This document shows, in pieces, positions 14,601-25,730 of a DNA stretch of 64,000 nt. The notes below the pieces were generated by a model. That model was given only the letters and a program-made list of their open reading frames with translations. It was not told the origin of the DNA and searched no databases. The stretch's first letter is position 1; every line of letters begins with the position of its first letter. Origin of the DNA: Magallana gigas (Eukaryota); NCBI RefSeq assembly GCF_963853765.1, contig NC_088855.1, positions 5,332,001-5,396,000 of the forward strand. The letters are read 5' to 3'. Made by a program: the position numbers and the translations under genes.

Positions 14601-17600
14601 CAAACACGCACAAAATCTAGTAATCTACATAGAATTTTACGTCCCCTGCTCTATTAAAATATTTCCACGGTTTTGTTTCTGCAGCAGTGTCTTGCTAAAT
14701 AATGTTCCTCTCACTTGTAAAGGTCTAAACGAGGTACCCTGTATTTATAACACGTCTTTAGTACTTGTATACCCCTTGGTAATCAAAGCTATCAATTATG
14801 TAAACTCTGCAAACTAATCAAAACAAATCGATTTGTGAACCACGCAACAAGTAAATGTGTTTGTATGCATAGAATGCCATCTATAAATATTTTCTGTAAT
14901 TTTATCATGTAACATGTAATTTTATCCAAGTAACTAGATACCAGTTTTACTATCTGATATTCCTATCATTGGGTGGTTAACTGAGTACCAGCTAACACTA
15001 ATCCTTACAGATGCATCGAGATTGTTTCACTTCAAATGTATAAAAGTATAGCTAATTCTAATATTGATTCCAATAAAAATGTGCTACTTTGCATTCACTA
15101 ATTAATATGCTATTCAAATATATTGACTATCAAAGATCTACACGTAAATGTTTTATAAAAAAAGAATTCAGGATTGTGAAACAAACAGTAAACAAAAATA
15201 CAATAGTTTTGGGGATTTAAAAAGCATGAAAATTGTTTGGAACAAACAGGTTTGAATTAATTGATTTTGCAATTTAACCTTTGAACTTGGCATGCTTGTG
15301 GAGGGATTTAGATCCATTCCAGTAGCGGTCAACTAGATCTAGAATTTTGAAGAGGAAGGCTCTATTCTCAGGGGTTTCTGGTGCCATTCCTCGCGTGCTT
15401 CCATTTATAGTTTTTGATTCATCAGGGGATCTTTGATGGTCTGTTCCATTCACTCTATGAATTCCAAAGTCATCCTAAAAATGAAAGTCAATTATCTTAG
15501 CTTGTCAGAGTTGTTTAAATAGTGTTTTACTTAATTAACAGTTGAAAATTCAGAATATGGACAATTTTTTAATCAGTGGATAAAAGAGGTTGAGTAATAA
15601 ACAGAAGTCTTTTGATTAAGTATTTGATTTCAGAAATCATTTTGTCCAACAAATGCTTCCATAGCTGATAATTACAATTTAGCCATATCAATTACAAAAA
15701 ACAGTAAATACACTTGATTTCACAGAATTTCTTGCTCCAAACAGAAACTGTGTCAAACGCTTGCTTCCTACCTCTACTTTCCTGGAGGGGGCGCTGTTTG
15801 ATCGCTTATGTGCATCTTCCTCCTCTCCCAAAGATCTTCTTCTCTGGGTGGGAACCCTGGGCGGGTCCTGAGTGAACTCCCTTTGATTTCTGTTTTGATC
15901 TGCATGAACCTCTGAAAAATTCATAAATATGAAGTTTGGTTGTAGCAATTGAATTAACAATAAAAAATGTTTCTATCAATAAATACAATCCTGCTACTTT
16001 ATTCAGTATCATGAGTTTAAATGAAAGAGTGTCATGATTTGAAACAGCTCACTGGGAATACAAATACACTGACAAATGATTGCCTCTAGCACTGACCTGC
16101 ATTGGGGTGGGGGGTGAAGTAGCCGTGACTTTTGAACTTGTTGTAAGCTTCTGCCTCATCCTCATACTGCAGGTTGACATCATGTCTGAAACCATAAAAA
16201 TTCAATATTCCCTTCATCTATATAAAATATAAACCATTTGAGAATGTGGGTGACACATGTGGGTTTCTCTGATAAAGCACAGATAGATTCAACATCAGGA
16301 TTGCAGTAACTAAATGTAATTTAAATATGGTACAACAAACTATCAAATCATTAGATATTGCCTTGTCTTACCTAGATTGTGGGTCATCATAAGAGGTCAC
16401 ATTCACCACAGGAATGTTGGGATATTTCTCCGCATAAGTCTTTAATCTCTCATCCACCTCTACAGGGGCTGGTGGGGTGAGAGGCCTCTACGAAAACAAT
16501 GTTTATCTGATCTAATAGGGTTTTGATCTCAAGGCTTACATTAAATTCTGTTATCATTCAGACTTCTGCCCCTTTCATACCAGTTTAAGGGAGGGTATGA
16601 AGTCTGTTCAGTTTGGATATTACATTGTACATGTGCATTGTATTATTTAAATTTTAAAGATCTGAGAAAAAACTATCAGCATTACTTTTATAATCATATA
16701 TCAATTGACTTGAAATTCAGAAAAATCAAGAATCTCCCAAGATAGAGAACTTACCTCCCATGGACTGTCTGTTTGTTCTGTATCCAAACTTTTTAACACT
16801 GTGATTCAAACAAGGATAATATTAATAAAAATTTCAATCAGTGTACCATGTATTGGTAATTTGAGAAACTTTATTAAGAAGTCAATGAATTGATAGCAAT
16901 TGCTTTGAGCATGCATTATTCATGCAATAACAAGCTTTTGAAATAAATCTTCAAAGCATATGAATTGAAATAAACATATGAAAAAGAATAAAGCTAAAAA
17001 TACTAACCATCCAATGAATACTCCTGCATCTGGTCTTCTCTGGCAGATGACCCAGTTATAGGACGAGGTCGACTAAGGTCACCACCTGACCTTGCAATGA
17101 GGTCGAGAACAGCCACATCATCATCATCTAAGGCTGAAAAAAGTTTAAACTGCTATAAAAAAAATTACCATCTATGGTATACATAAGAACATTATATCAA
17201 ACTCATTACATTGTACCACTCTAGATGTTCAGAAGCAGTCATACCCACAACTCCTTTTCCAACCCCCCTGACCATTTCCGCCCTTGGGTTTGGTGCTCTC
17301 TGGGCAGGCTCCTGTTGTGGGGGGTGGTGGGTCATCTCTGTGGCCTGACTGGAGCTGAAGTGAACCAGGGCAGCCTGTCTCTCCCGGTCCCTCACCCCTC
17401 GGTCATCTGATCCAATGAAAACATCAAGAGGATTAGATTATTGGAGATAGACAAAATAGGCTTTTACAAGAAAAATAGTTTTCTCTTTGCCTTACATACT
17501 ATGGTACATGTAGTAAAACAAGTACGGTAAACATTTTCCCTAAATGAAGCCAATTTCACATTTTGAGTGTCTCCATTTAATAATATAGTTATTGATAGAT

Positions 17601-20600
17601 TACAGTCTGAAATGCAACCTGCAAAAAATTGGACACTCTCAACAAGGGGTCACTCAAAATATTTTTCTTGGAATAAAGAGCCACCCTGATCATTCAGGCA
17701 CACAAATCCTCACTTATCATGTTATTAAAAAAAATTAAAAAAAATATTGTGACTTTAATGATGAGATAGCATACCCAGTTTCTGAAGATTTGGTAGCATA
17801 TGAATCATATAGAGTCTGTAATCTGGCTCAGTCCGGGTAACTGGATTCAGCCGGAGATCCAGATCCTTCAGATTTGTATTGTATCTGAGCCTCTTTAGTT
17901 CCTCCATTGTCTCTATATTGTTGTAATATCTTGTCACAAGTTAAGGGTCATAAGTACATATCTTTCTTGTGGGCATTAAATTCTTAATCAATAGGAGAAT
18001 CTACAGAATTTTAAAATGTGTACATGTAGAAGTAAAATAAAGTTATTCGCAATTACTTTACATAAATAGATGTACTATAACTTTTTAATGATTTCGCTTA
18101 ATTTGGTAAAGGATACAAGTTTAACTTTTCCAACAGTTTTAAATGTTCCAATCCCTGCAAAAAATATCAATAAGTGTAATTGCTAAAAAAACAATCAACC
18201 ATTGGTGCATGTACTATTTACTAACCCAATGTCAACAGATTATCAAAACTTGCTATATCAATTGAAAGACATTGAAATCATCCATCAGAAAACAAAACAC
18301 AGAATTTTTTTAACCTGAAGGCTGGCAAGGGAATTTCTTGAAAGATCTAGGGCCTTTAATCTGGAAAACTTCCGCAGAGAATTTCCCAGACAAACAACTT
18401 TTTCATGATAAGTCCCTGGCAGCGATAAGGCTTTAACATCCTCTGAAATAATAAATCATAAATTTTGACTCATAAATGTATGACCTAAACAGATAAAGAG
18501 AGAATTACAAAAGTAATAATGACTAAAAACAAACATGTAATTCAAAGTCTTTTTGATCATGTTGATAATTTGAAAACTAAACAAATCAGATTGAGGGCAA
18601 GTCAAATAAAACAGACCTGTAGTTGTTTAGTTTAAAAAAAACCCTTAAAAATTGCGTTGTTATTCTTTAGTTCTAGTAGAATTTACAGGAGCATTTATTT
18701 GCCAAAACAAAACAAAAATTAATTTTTTTTTTATCAAAAATGAAAATAATGGTAAACAGATGATGTGTTTATTGGACTGGCAATATATAACGGCTACCTG
18801 TAGTCAATGGAGAACAAAGAGTGTACAATATATATTTTACACAAGAGCAAATTGGAGAGTACCGGTACATTTCTATGGTGTTCCGATGGGGCCACTTCGA
18901 CCTTCGCACTTTCGGTCGAAGATGCGAGAGTGCGAGTTGCGTAGGCGAAAGTGCAACGGCGAAGCGCGAAGATGCGATGGCGAAAGTGCGAAGGCGAAGT
19001 AGCGATACTACAATCGCTCCTTCGCCTTCGCAACTTCGCGCTCTCACCTTCGCACTTTCGCCTTTTTTTATAGCATTCAGAAAGTCTCGGTCGATTACAT
19101 AGAATTTAATGCAGGCACCGTACTCGGCAAGGTTTTCCGATTAATCCATGATATTTTTGGTACACATGCGCTAGGACATTGTGCTTACTATGAATGTTTA
19201 TAAATATTTTAATGTGTTTGCCTAATCATTATATACTCAATATAAAATGTAATGTCCACCATAATGAATACATATGCACTTCCAGACTCCTGTCACTTAC
19301 CAGCTCTCTGTTTACCGTGGATCAAACACAGTAACATTCTAATTTCATTATGCGACACTCCTTGCTCATGTATGGATCAAGAGGGGGAGAGGGGGTCCGC
19401 TCCCCAGAAAATTAAAAATTAATAACTTCACACATGCAGTATAGGGGGAGAGAGGGTCCGGATCCCATCCCCCGGAAAATAAAATCTCCAAAATATGTCT
19501 CGGATCCCCCCCCCCCCCCCCAACAAATATAATTATCCATCCATCCCCCCCCCCCCTCTAGAAAAAGTTATGGATCTGCGCAGGCTGTTAAAAATAAATT
19601 CTAAAAAGTTCATCGTCTCCCTCAGATGTCCTTTTATACAGCTAAAATTGTCTTTAAACGATAGAGAGCTCCACAATTATAAAAAGGCGAAGGCGAAAGT
19701 GCTAAGATGCGAAGGCGAGAGTGCGCAGTTGCGATGGCGAAGGTGCGATAGTAGTATCGCTTCTTCGCCTTCGCAACTTCGCACTTTCGCATCATCGCAC
19801 TTCGCCATCGCTTCTTCGCTCCTTCGCCTTAGCAACTTCGCACCTCAACCTAAAGGCGCAAGTGCGAAGGTCGAAGTGGCCCCATCGGAACACCATACAT
19901 TTCTGCTTTTATGGGTATTTATTAACTTCAAAGTAACTGATAATTTGTGAGAACCCTGGTTCTTTGAATTTTTCTTTAGCTTATTGCATAAGTTTAGCTT
20001 AAGAGATATAAAATACAAGAGGTTCAGTTTAAAACATTGAATTTATTTTTTGAAAAGTTGCGTAGAAGCCCCATGAGCAACTCACTAAAAAAGGGGGATT
20101 GAGGACAACTATCAAACCTTTCCACTTTGGCCATAAAGGTTCAAGCAAGATATATCCATTCTTAGTAAACAAATAAAACTTATTTATTGATATACTGCTG
20201 TCCATTCCCCTAACTTCTAACTCTGCCAATGAAAATGGTCTTACATTGTCAATAAATATCTTCGGATGCCCCTGATTTATTAATGTAACAGGTATGTTTC
20301 CAGTGTATGTTTCAAATGTTAATTGACTCTTAGTTTGACATTTCAAACCTATATCAACAAGCACCTGTTGTTTACAATATCTGATAAGAATCAATGACAA
20401 ACCACGTGTTATTTAAAATGTCAAAGAATTTTTGGTGTCACCGCCGAACATGTTTAAACTTGTGCACATCACAATTTAATAACAATCGGCAACCCATTAA
20501 ACTGATCTCCTGCACATATTGCAACATGGTCATTCATTCAGAGAATTGATTCGGTGTCTTCAGTTTAATTAAAAAAAACAATCGGTACATACATTTTAAA

Positions 20601-20817
20601 ATATTTTAGAAAACTTGAATAAGATAAAGCTCATATCTGAAGGAAATGTCCATTGAAATGAGATGGAGATTTTGCCATTCATGATTTCTGTGCACGCGAT
20701 CTCGGCATCTGTTTTTGATTATTTCAAACACTTCTAGAAGTTAAGTTTCTTACCCAAGTTATCATGCTGCAGATTTACCCGGTTTCGAATCACTTCTTCT
20801 GACAAAGTAAGCGCCAT
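11601..20817 (-). CDS. CEP72: Centrosomal protein of 72 kDa-like (N-terminal LRR + LRRcap, C-terminal coiled coil), 15 exons
   Basis: Exons 20817-20754, 18442-18315, 18154-18117, 17929-17775, 17406-17245, 17133-17008, 16798-16755, 16487-16372, 16185-16097, 15911-15772, 15474-15279, 14381-14176, 13960-13840, 13505-13391, 11847-11601. Phases are consistent throughout. Motifs LSLPGTYHEKV, LDLSRNSL, LNLYYNNI, DLRLNPV..EPDYRLYMIHMLPNLQKLDDRGVRDRER and C-terminal SLVNTNDHLL match recalled CEP72. Confidence 0.9.
12100..13379. mobile_element. Hairpin-ended non-autonomous element interrupted by a pogo-like insertion (CEP72 intron 14)
   Basis: Removing 12372-13290 restores the hairpin CCTATGTTAAACGAGTATAACATAACTTGG...CCAAGTTATGTTATATCGTATAACATAGG. 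Outer boundaries are approximate. Confidence 0.55.
12372..13288 (+). mobile_element. Internally deleted pogo/Tc1-mariner-type DNA transposon (917 bp)
   Basis: Perfect 24-bp TIRs CCGTATAACGGGTATTTTCTGCGG with TA TSDs at 12370-71 and 13289-90. ORF 12788-13087 encodes KKRGSYLTYSPWDRAIIGNYAAEQGPAAALRKFKADYPELKESTTRYFRDSYK, resembling the N-terminal HTH DNA-binding region of pogo-like transposases. No DDE domain is present. Confidence 0.85.
17930..18116 (-). other. U12-type (minor) GT-AG intron, CEP72 intron 3 (187 nt)
   Basis: 5' site GTATCCTTTA; branch-like CCCTTAAC about 10 nt before the terminal AG. Splicing restores the LRR motif LEKLNL-YYNNI. Confidence 0.88.
18875..19896. mobile_element. 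1.02-kb fold-back/MITE-type element with ~200-bp TIRs and 8-bp TSD (CEP72 intron 1)
   Basis: Termini ATGGTGTTCCGATGGGGCCACTTCGACCTTCGCACTT and its exact reverse complement; ACATTTCT duplicated at 18867-74 and 19897-904. Arms are built of CGAAG/CTTCG subrepeats. A poly-G/poly-C GGATCC-type insert sits at ~19366-19582. Confidence 0.85.
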
Positions 20818-21143
20818 GTTTTCAAAACAATGTGTAATGCTCAGTCTGAAGACTGGATGAATCCGGAAAAGAAAAAGAAATAGCAATAGATATTATGCAA
20901 AATAGGTAATGACATTATTTGAAAACAACGTAGGTTAATATAGATTATAAATATTTTCGATCATAAAGATATAAAAAATTTAGAACTGATTAATCGCTTG
21001 TATTTTATTTTATTTTATCGGGTTCGATGTTTCATAAAACTCGATTCTCCAAACTTGTTCATGCCTGGAAACACTTCCAAAGATGGTAAACAAGTTATGA
21101 CAGAAACACGGCACATGGTTTAAAATCAACACAACTTACCAAA
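20818..21143. promoter_or_regulatory. Probable bidirectional promoter between CEP72 and TTC5
   Basis: Divergent ATGs only 326 bp apart. A CCGGAA ETS-like core is at ~20862. TSSs are not determinable from sequence. Confidence 0.6.
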
Positions 21144-24100
21144 ATGTCGAGTTTGGAAATCGTTACGGTAATATACATCCGAATCTGTAAACGAGCACAT
21201 ACTAAATTTAATATAGATTTTTTAGGTCAACTTTCTATAGTTAAATTTTGGAAATGGTAAGTTGAATTAATAGATAATGGTCATCTACAGGGTATGTATT
21301 ATATTATGTTTTACAATGTGACTGTTTAGGGTTAGCACAGTGGAAACTTCATGTCGCACACCATTGTAAAGTACCTCCCATCGACAAACCAACACTAGCT
21401 TGCACAAAGAGTTAAAACATAAACTTATTAGCAGAGAGGACATGGCTTAATTACTCTGAAATACTTAATAGCAAGTAACGTTACTCATTACACATAACAT
21501 GCAGAGCCAGATACTTGATCCACCGTTACAATTCATCGCAGGAAATATAGTACTTGTTAACTATGACGTCATAGAGTTATACTTTCTCTTGCTTTGTTTT
21601 GTCACTCGACAGAATGCAAAGAACTGGAGGCAAGTACCATAATAGCTCTCTAGGTTTCCACCAAAGTATGTGCAATACTCAAGTACTGAGTTTACAAACC
21701 TCATGAACCATAAATTATGTGTGAAAGTTCAGTCAGTTTTGGTATAGCACTATGGGAGCTAGAAGGAATGCTGACATGCTGTCAAGCTCCTTCTTATTCC
21801 TGCAAACTGGGTTTTAGAGCTTACTTTCCTTACTGTTGCATTATGTCAGCAAGCTAAGATACATGTATGCTGTTATACAATAGTAATGATTTAGTTTTAA
21901 CTTTTAAGAAAGCGATACCTCTTTATTTTTATATTGATTTTTTTTAGAACTGTTTACTCTATTGCATTTCAGAAAGAAGTGGACAAATTGTATAAGTTTA
22001 GAGACCATTTTGTTGAAAACCATGGAATTGAGAAGGCAGCACAGAAAACAGAAGAAGTCAGTAAACTTATGAAGGAAACATTGCAAGCACTGGAAACTCA
22101 TAAAGGTATAGTTACCATATTCAGTTCAATTATTCTTGTGTCATTTTGATGGTTATTTTACATAACAGAGGAAAATGAAATTATACAGTAAGTGCAAAGT
22201 AGGCACATAGCTGCAGGTTTTTAGCTCTATGGGAAAATTCGGGTTGACATGCAGTTGAGCTGAAGTTCATCCCAAAAATCCTGCAACTTATTGTGCACAA
22301 AAAATTGTGCTAGCTTTTGACTGATTAACCTTATATTCTGATACATTCAATGCAAAAAATTAATTCAAAATATTGCTCAGACATTTTACCATATATGTTA
22401 TCTCTTTACTTGCCACTAGAATTCTTTTAAACACAATTACCAGTACTTATCCCTGTAAAGTGAAGTTGTGTGTTTTCTATCCCCGAGCCTTGGCGAGAGG
22501 ACAATATCCCTGCATGGACAGCTTTAGTTTTCTATTAAGCAGAAAAATATTTGCAGGTTTTTTTTCGTGCTTCATGGATTGCGGTTTTAAACTTTCCTCT
22601 TTTTCAGACAGCATCAATGACAAGGCAGTGTTCTTCATGCTACAAGGTAAAACCCTGAATGTCCTCCCCTCCTACAGCCCTGAGGCCGAGGAAGCTCTGT
22701 CCAAAGCTGTCAAGCTCGACCCCAAGCTAGTGGAGGCCTGGAACCAGTTGGGAGAAAACTACTGGAAAAAAGGAAAAGTTCCTCTGGCCAAAAATTGCTT
22801 CACTGGAGCCTTGAATCATGTAAGGAACAAATATGAAATTTAGAAAAATACCTTTGATTTTGATTTATTCCTAAATTTTTTTATCCTTTTCTGGTAATGT
22901 GTAGCAGAGTAAATCCATTCATTGCAATATATATACACTGTATAAATTCATGCTACCTGTGTATTCACTATTGATAAAAATGGTGTAATGGATTACATAT
23001 TTTCTCATATTCATTTAATATGAATACTAGTATCGCAGTATATGGGTGTTAATTTCATGTTGATTTCTTTCAGTCAAAGAACAAAATATCCTTACGTAAC
23101 TTGTCAATGGTGTTACGGCAGATAGGAGGAAATCCATCCGAACGAGCTAAGCAGGTAGAGGAGAGTGTGGAAAAAGCCAAAGAAGCAGTACAGATGGACA
23201 TTCAAGATGGAACTTCATGGTGTATGCACTTACTAAAACCTCAGTAATACATGTATAAACATGTATATATCATTGTACCATACTTTAATATTTGGGCTCT
23301 ACATTATTCCTCTTCAATGCTAGTATGTACATGTATTTTACTCGTAGTCTTAAATTATAAAATAAATATTTTGACTTTGCAGTGATTTTAGGAAATGCCT
23401 ACATGTCTCTTTTCTTTGCTGTTGGCCAAGCATCACAAGCTTTGGATCAAAGCATGAAAGCTTATGCCCAAGCAGTGAGTGACTGAATCCTCTGACTTTT
23501 ATAGATTTTGACTTTTATAGAAATATGCCGTGGAACTAATGATGTTAAAACTAATTGTAATAGATATCTATTCTTACTTCTATTGTTATTTCTTACTGGC
23601 TATAAATTGATAATGCAGAAATTATAATTCTAATCTTTAAGGCCATTAATTCTACATTTTTAATTTTGCAGGAAAAAGACCCAGTTGCAAGAGATAACCC
23701 TGACCTGCATTTTAACCGAGCTGTGGTAAGCTTACTACATGTACATGTACATTTATGTGCAATACCTTTTGCAACAATATATGTGTTAGTGTCAGTATTA
23801 CAAATATCCAGATTTAGATGATGAGACATATGTTTCATGCTTAGCATCATAGTTGATTTTATCTTTAACATAATTCCAGGCCTACAAATACGAGGAGAAC
23901 TACCCCCAGGCCTTGGCTGGGTTTTCCCGGGCGTCCCAACTGGACCCTAGCTGGCCTGACCCCCAAACCCAAGAGGCACATCTCCTGACCTTCCTATCTA
24001 ATGTGAAAGAGCTGACTCAAGCCAAGGTAATATCCTCTCAGTGATACAATTATAGGAGCATGCTATCAAATCTTACACTTACAATCTTTTTTTTAAAGAG

Positions 24101-25297
24101 GGAAGTTATCTCCCTTGAAATAGCAATACTTTTTCTCCTAAAGACTTGGAGTTGAGAGAGATTCAATTAATCATGAGTTTATTATGTTAAGTGTAAGTGT
24201 AAGAACATGCATAAATTTAAGTGCTTATTGGCATGGTGTAATGTTTGTTGTTTACATCTTGTAAAACCCTTATATTAATATAAATGTATTTTGTCTTCAT
24301 TTTAGGGCAAAATAAAACCCAAAAGGTTGCAGACTATGATTGAGGGATTAAAATCCTCGGACCTTGGGCCGTACAGTGGAGGTACTTATACCAGCCCACT
24401 AGGAAAATCCGTGGATTTAAGCAAGTGTAAATTCAGTGAACTGAAAGCAGAAGTCAACCACAATAAGGTCATTCTGGGCAAGGTTGTCTGTACCATAGCA
24501 ACCAGTGAACCCGTGCCTTTGTAAGTTAAAATATACATGTAAAAATGTATTTGATCTCTTAACATTTTTCTTTTTTCTATATCATAAAATTGATAGGTTA
24601 ACAGAATATGAGATACTTGATAATTTTATGAATAAATTTTTGCCATCAAGAGTTTAACTCTTAAAATAATATTCAATTGCAAGCTTCATGAAGCAGTTCA
24701 TTAGAACAGCCTGCAATGTTGACATTGAGGTTGTTTATACATTTCAGTACGTTTTGTATGGTGGACGATGATGAGACATGTTTACCGGTGACTGTGTACA
24801 ACATTGCTCAGGGGAGCGGGGTCAAAATAGGGGACAGTGTTGCTATTCCTGAACCTTACCTGCAAAATGTCAAGGTCAACCATAAAAACCAGGTCAGTTA
24901 CTGTATTACATACGTCATTTCATGATAGAAGTATTTTACTTACATTTAGCAGTAGTAGATCAGTTGCTTTTGAATAAAGAAAAATTAATTGTTACCAGAC
25001 GTTGCATTTCATTTGATTTCCAAAAACATTTTCCCAGAATTTGAATTGATATGCTTTTCATGTAAAATTTATTAAGTTTAAAGGGTGAAAAATTATTGTA
25101 AATTGCTTTAATCATTTTAATTAATTGTTAATATTTTTTATGTCAGTTAATTTTTTTTAATTTTCTATTACCCTCAGGAATTTGACTTTAGAAGCATTCG
25201 AGTGAATTCACCAATTGTGTTAGTTGTGAACGGGAAAAAGTTTGGGATTGACAAACAAGCTCCTTCAGTTCTGGCAGTGCATGCCATGTGTGACTGA
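21144..25297 (+). CDS. TTC5: Tetratricopeptide repeat protein 5 (TPR + C-terminal OB fold), 10 exons
   Basis: Exons 21144-21167, 21973-22105, 22608-22819, 23074-23221, 23383-23474, 23672-23725, 23880-24026, 24306-24520, 24748-24892, 25178-25297 (TGA). Motifs [92 protein letters not shown]. Confidence 0.95.
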
Positions 25298-25730
25298 TTC
25301 ATCTCAACGTTCATAAAAAACTGATCATCTTACAGCTACATGTAGCTCTAAATGGACTGTACCATCATGCCTATAGCATTTCTGTGAAAATCCGTCATTA
25401 CCATTAGATTGATATTTTAATAAGTGTACTAAAATGCAAGGCAATTCCTTGCATTAATTTATTTGCAATAAAAAATTAACTTTTTCCATGACATTTTGTT
25501 GGGTTTTTTCTCTTTCTTATCTATGCCATGATCATGATTGTGTTTCCTATGCATTTTTTGTTAAAGTTGTGTGAAATTTATTCGAAAATATCAAAGTGAT
25601 CAGTTTTATATTTAGCATTTCAAAGGAAATTTATATTTTTGTGGTCGGGATCGAGATCCACATATCTACTTTCACTTTGTAAATGACATGTGTTTGTATG
25701 TGGAGAAACATGAATTGATGAAAACATTTA

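Noticed and set aside
18652-19950. Cluster of 70-150-aa ORFs on both strands
   Set aside because: They coincide with the CGAAG-rich arms of the fold-back element inside CEP72 intron 1 and have no domain-like content.
21740-22330. Hairpin-like segments in TTC5 introns 1 and 2 considered as H/ACA snoRNAs
   Set aside because: Could not establish a two-hairpin H-box/ACA architecture by eye; would need snoReport or Infernal.
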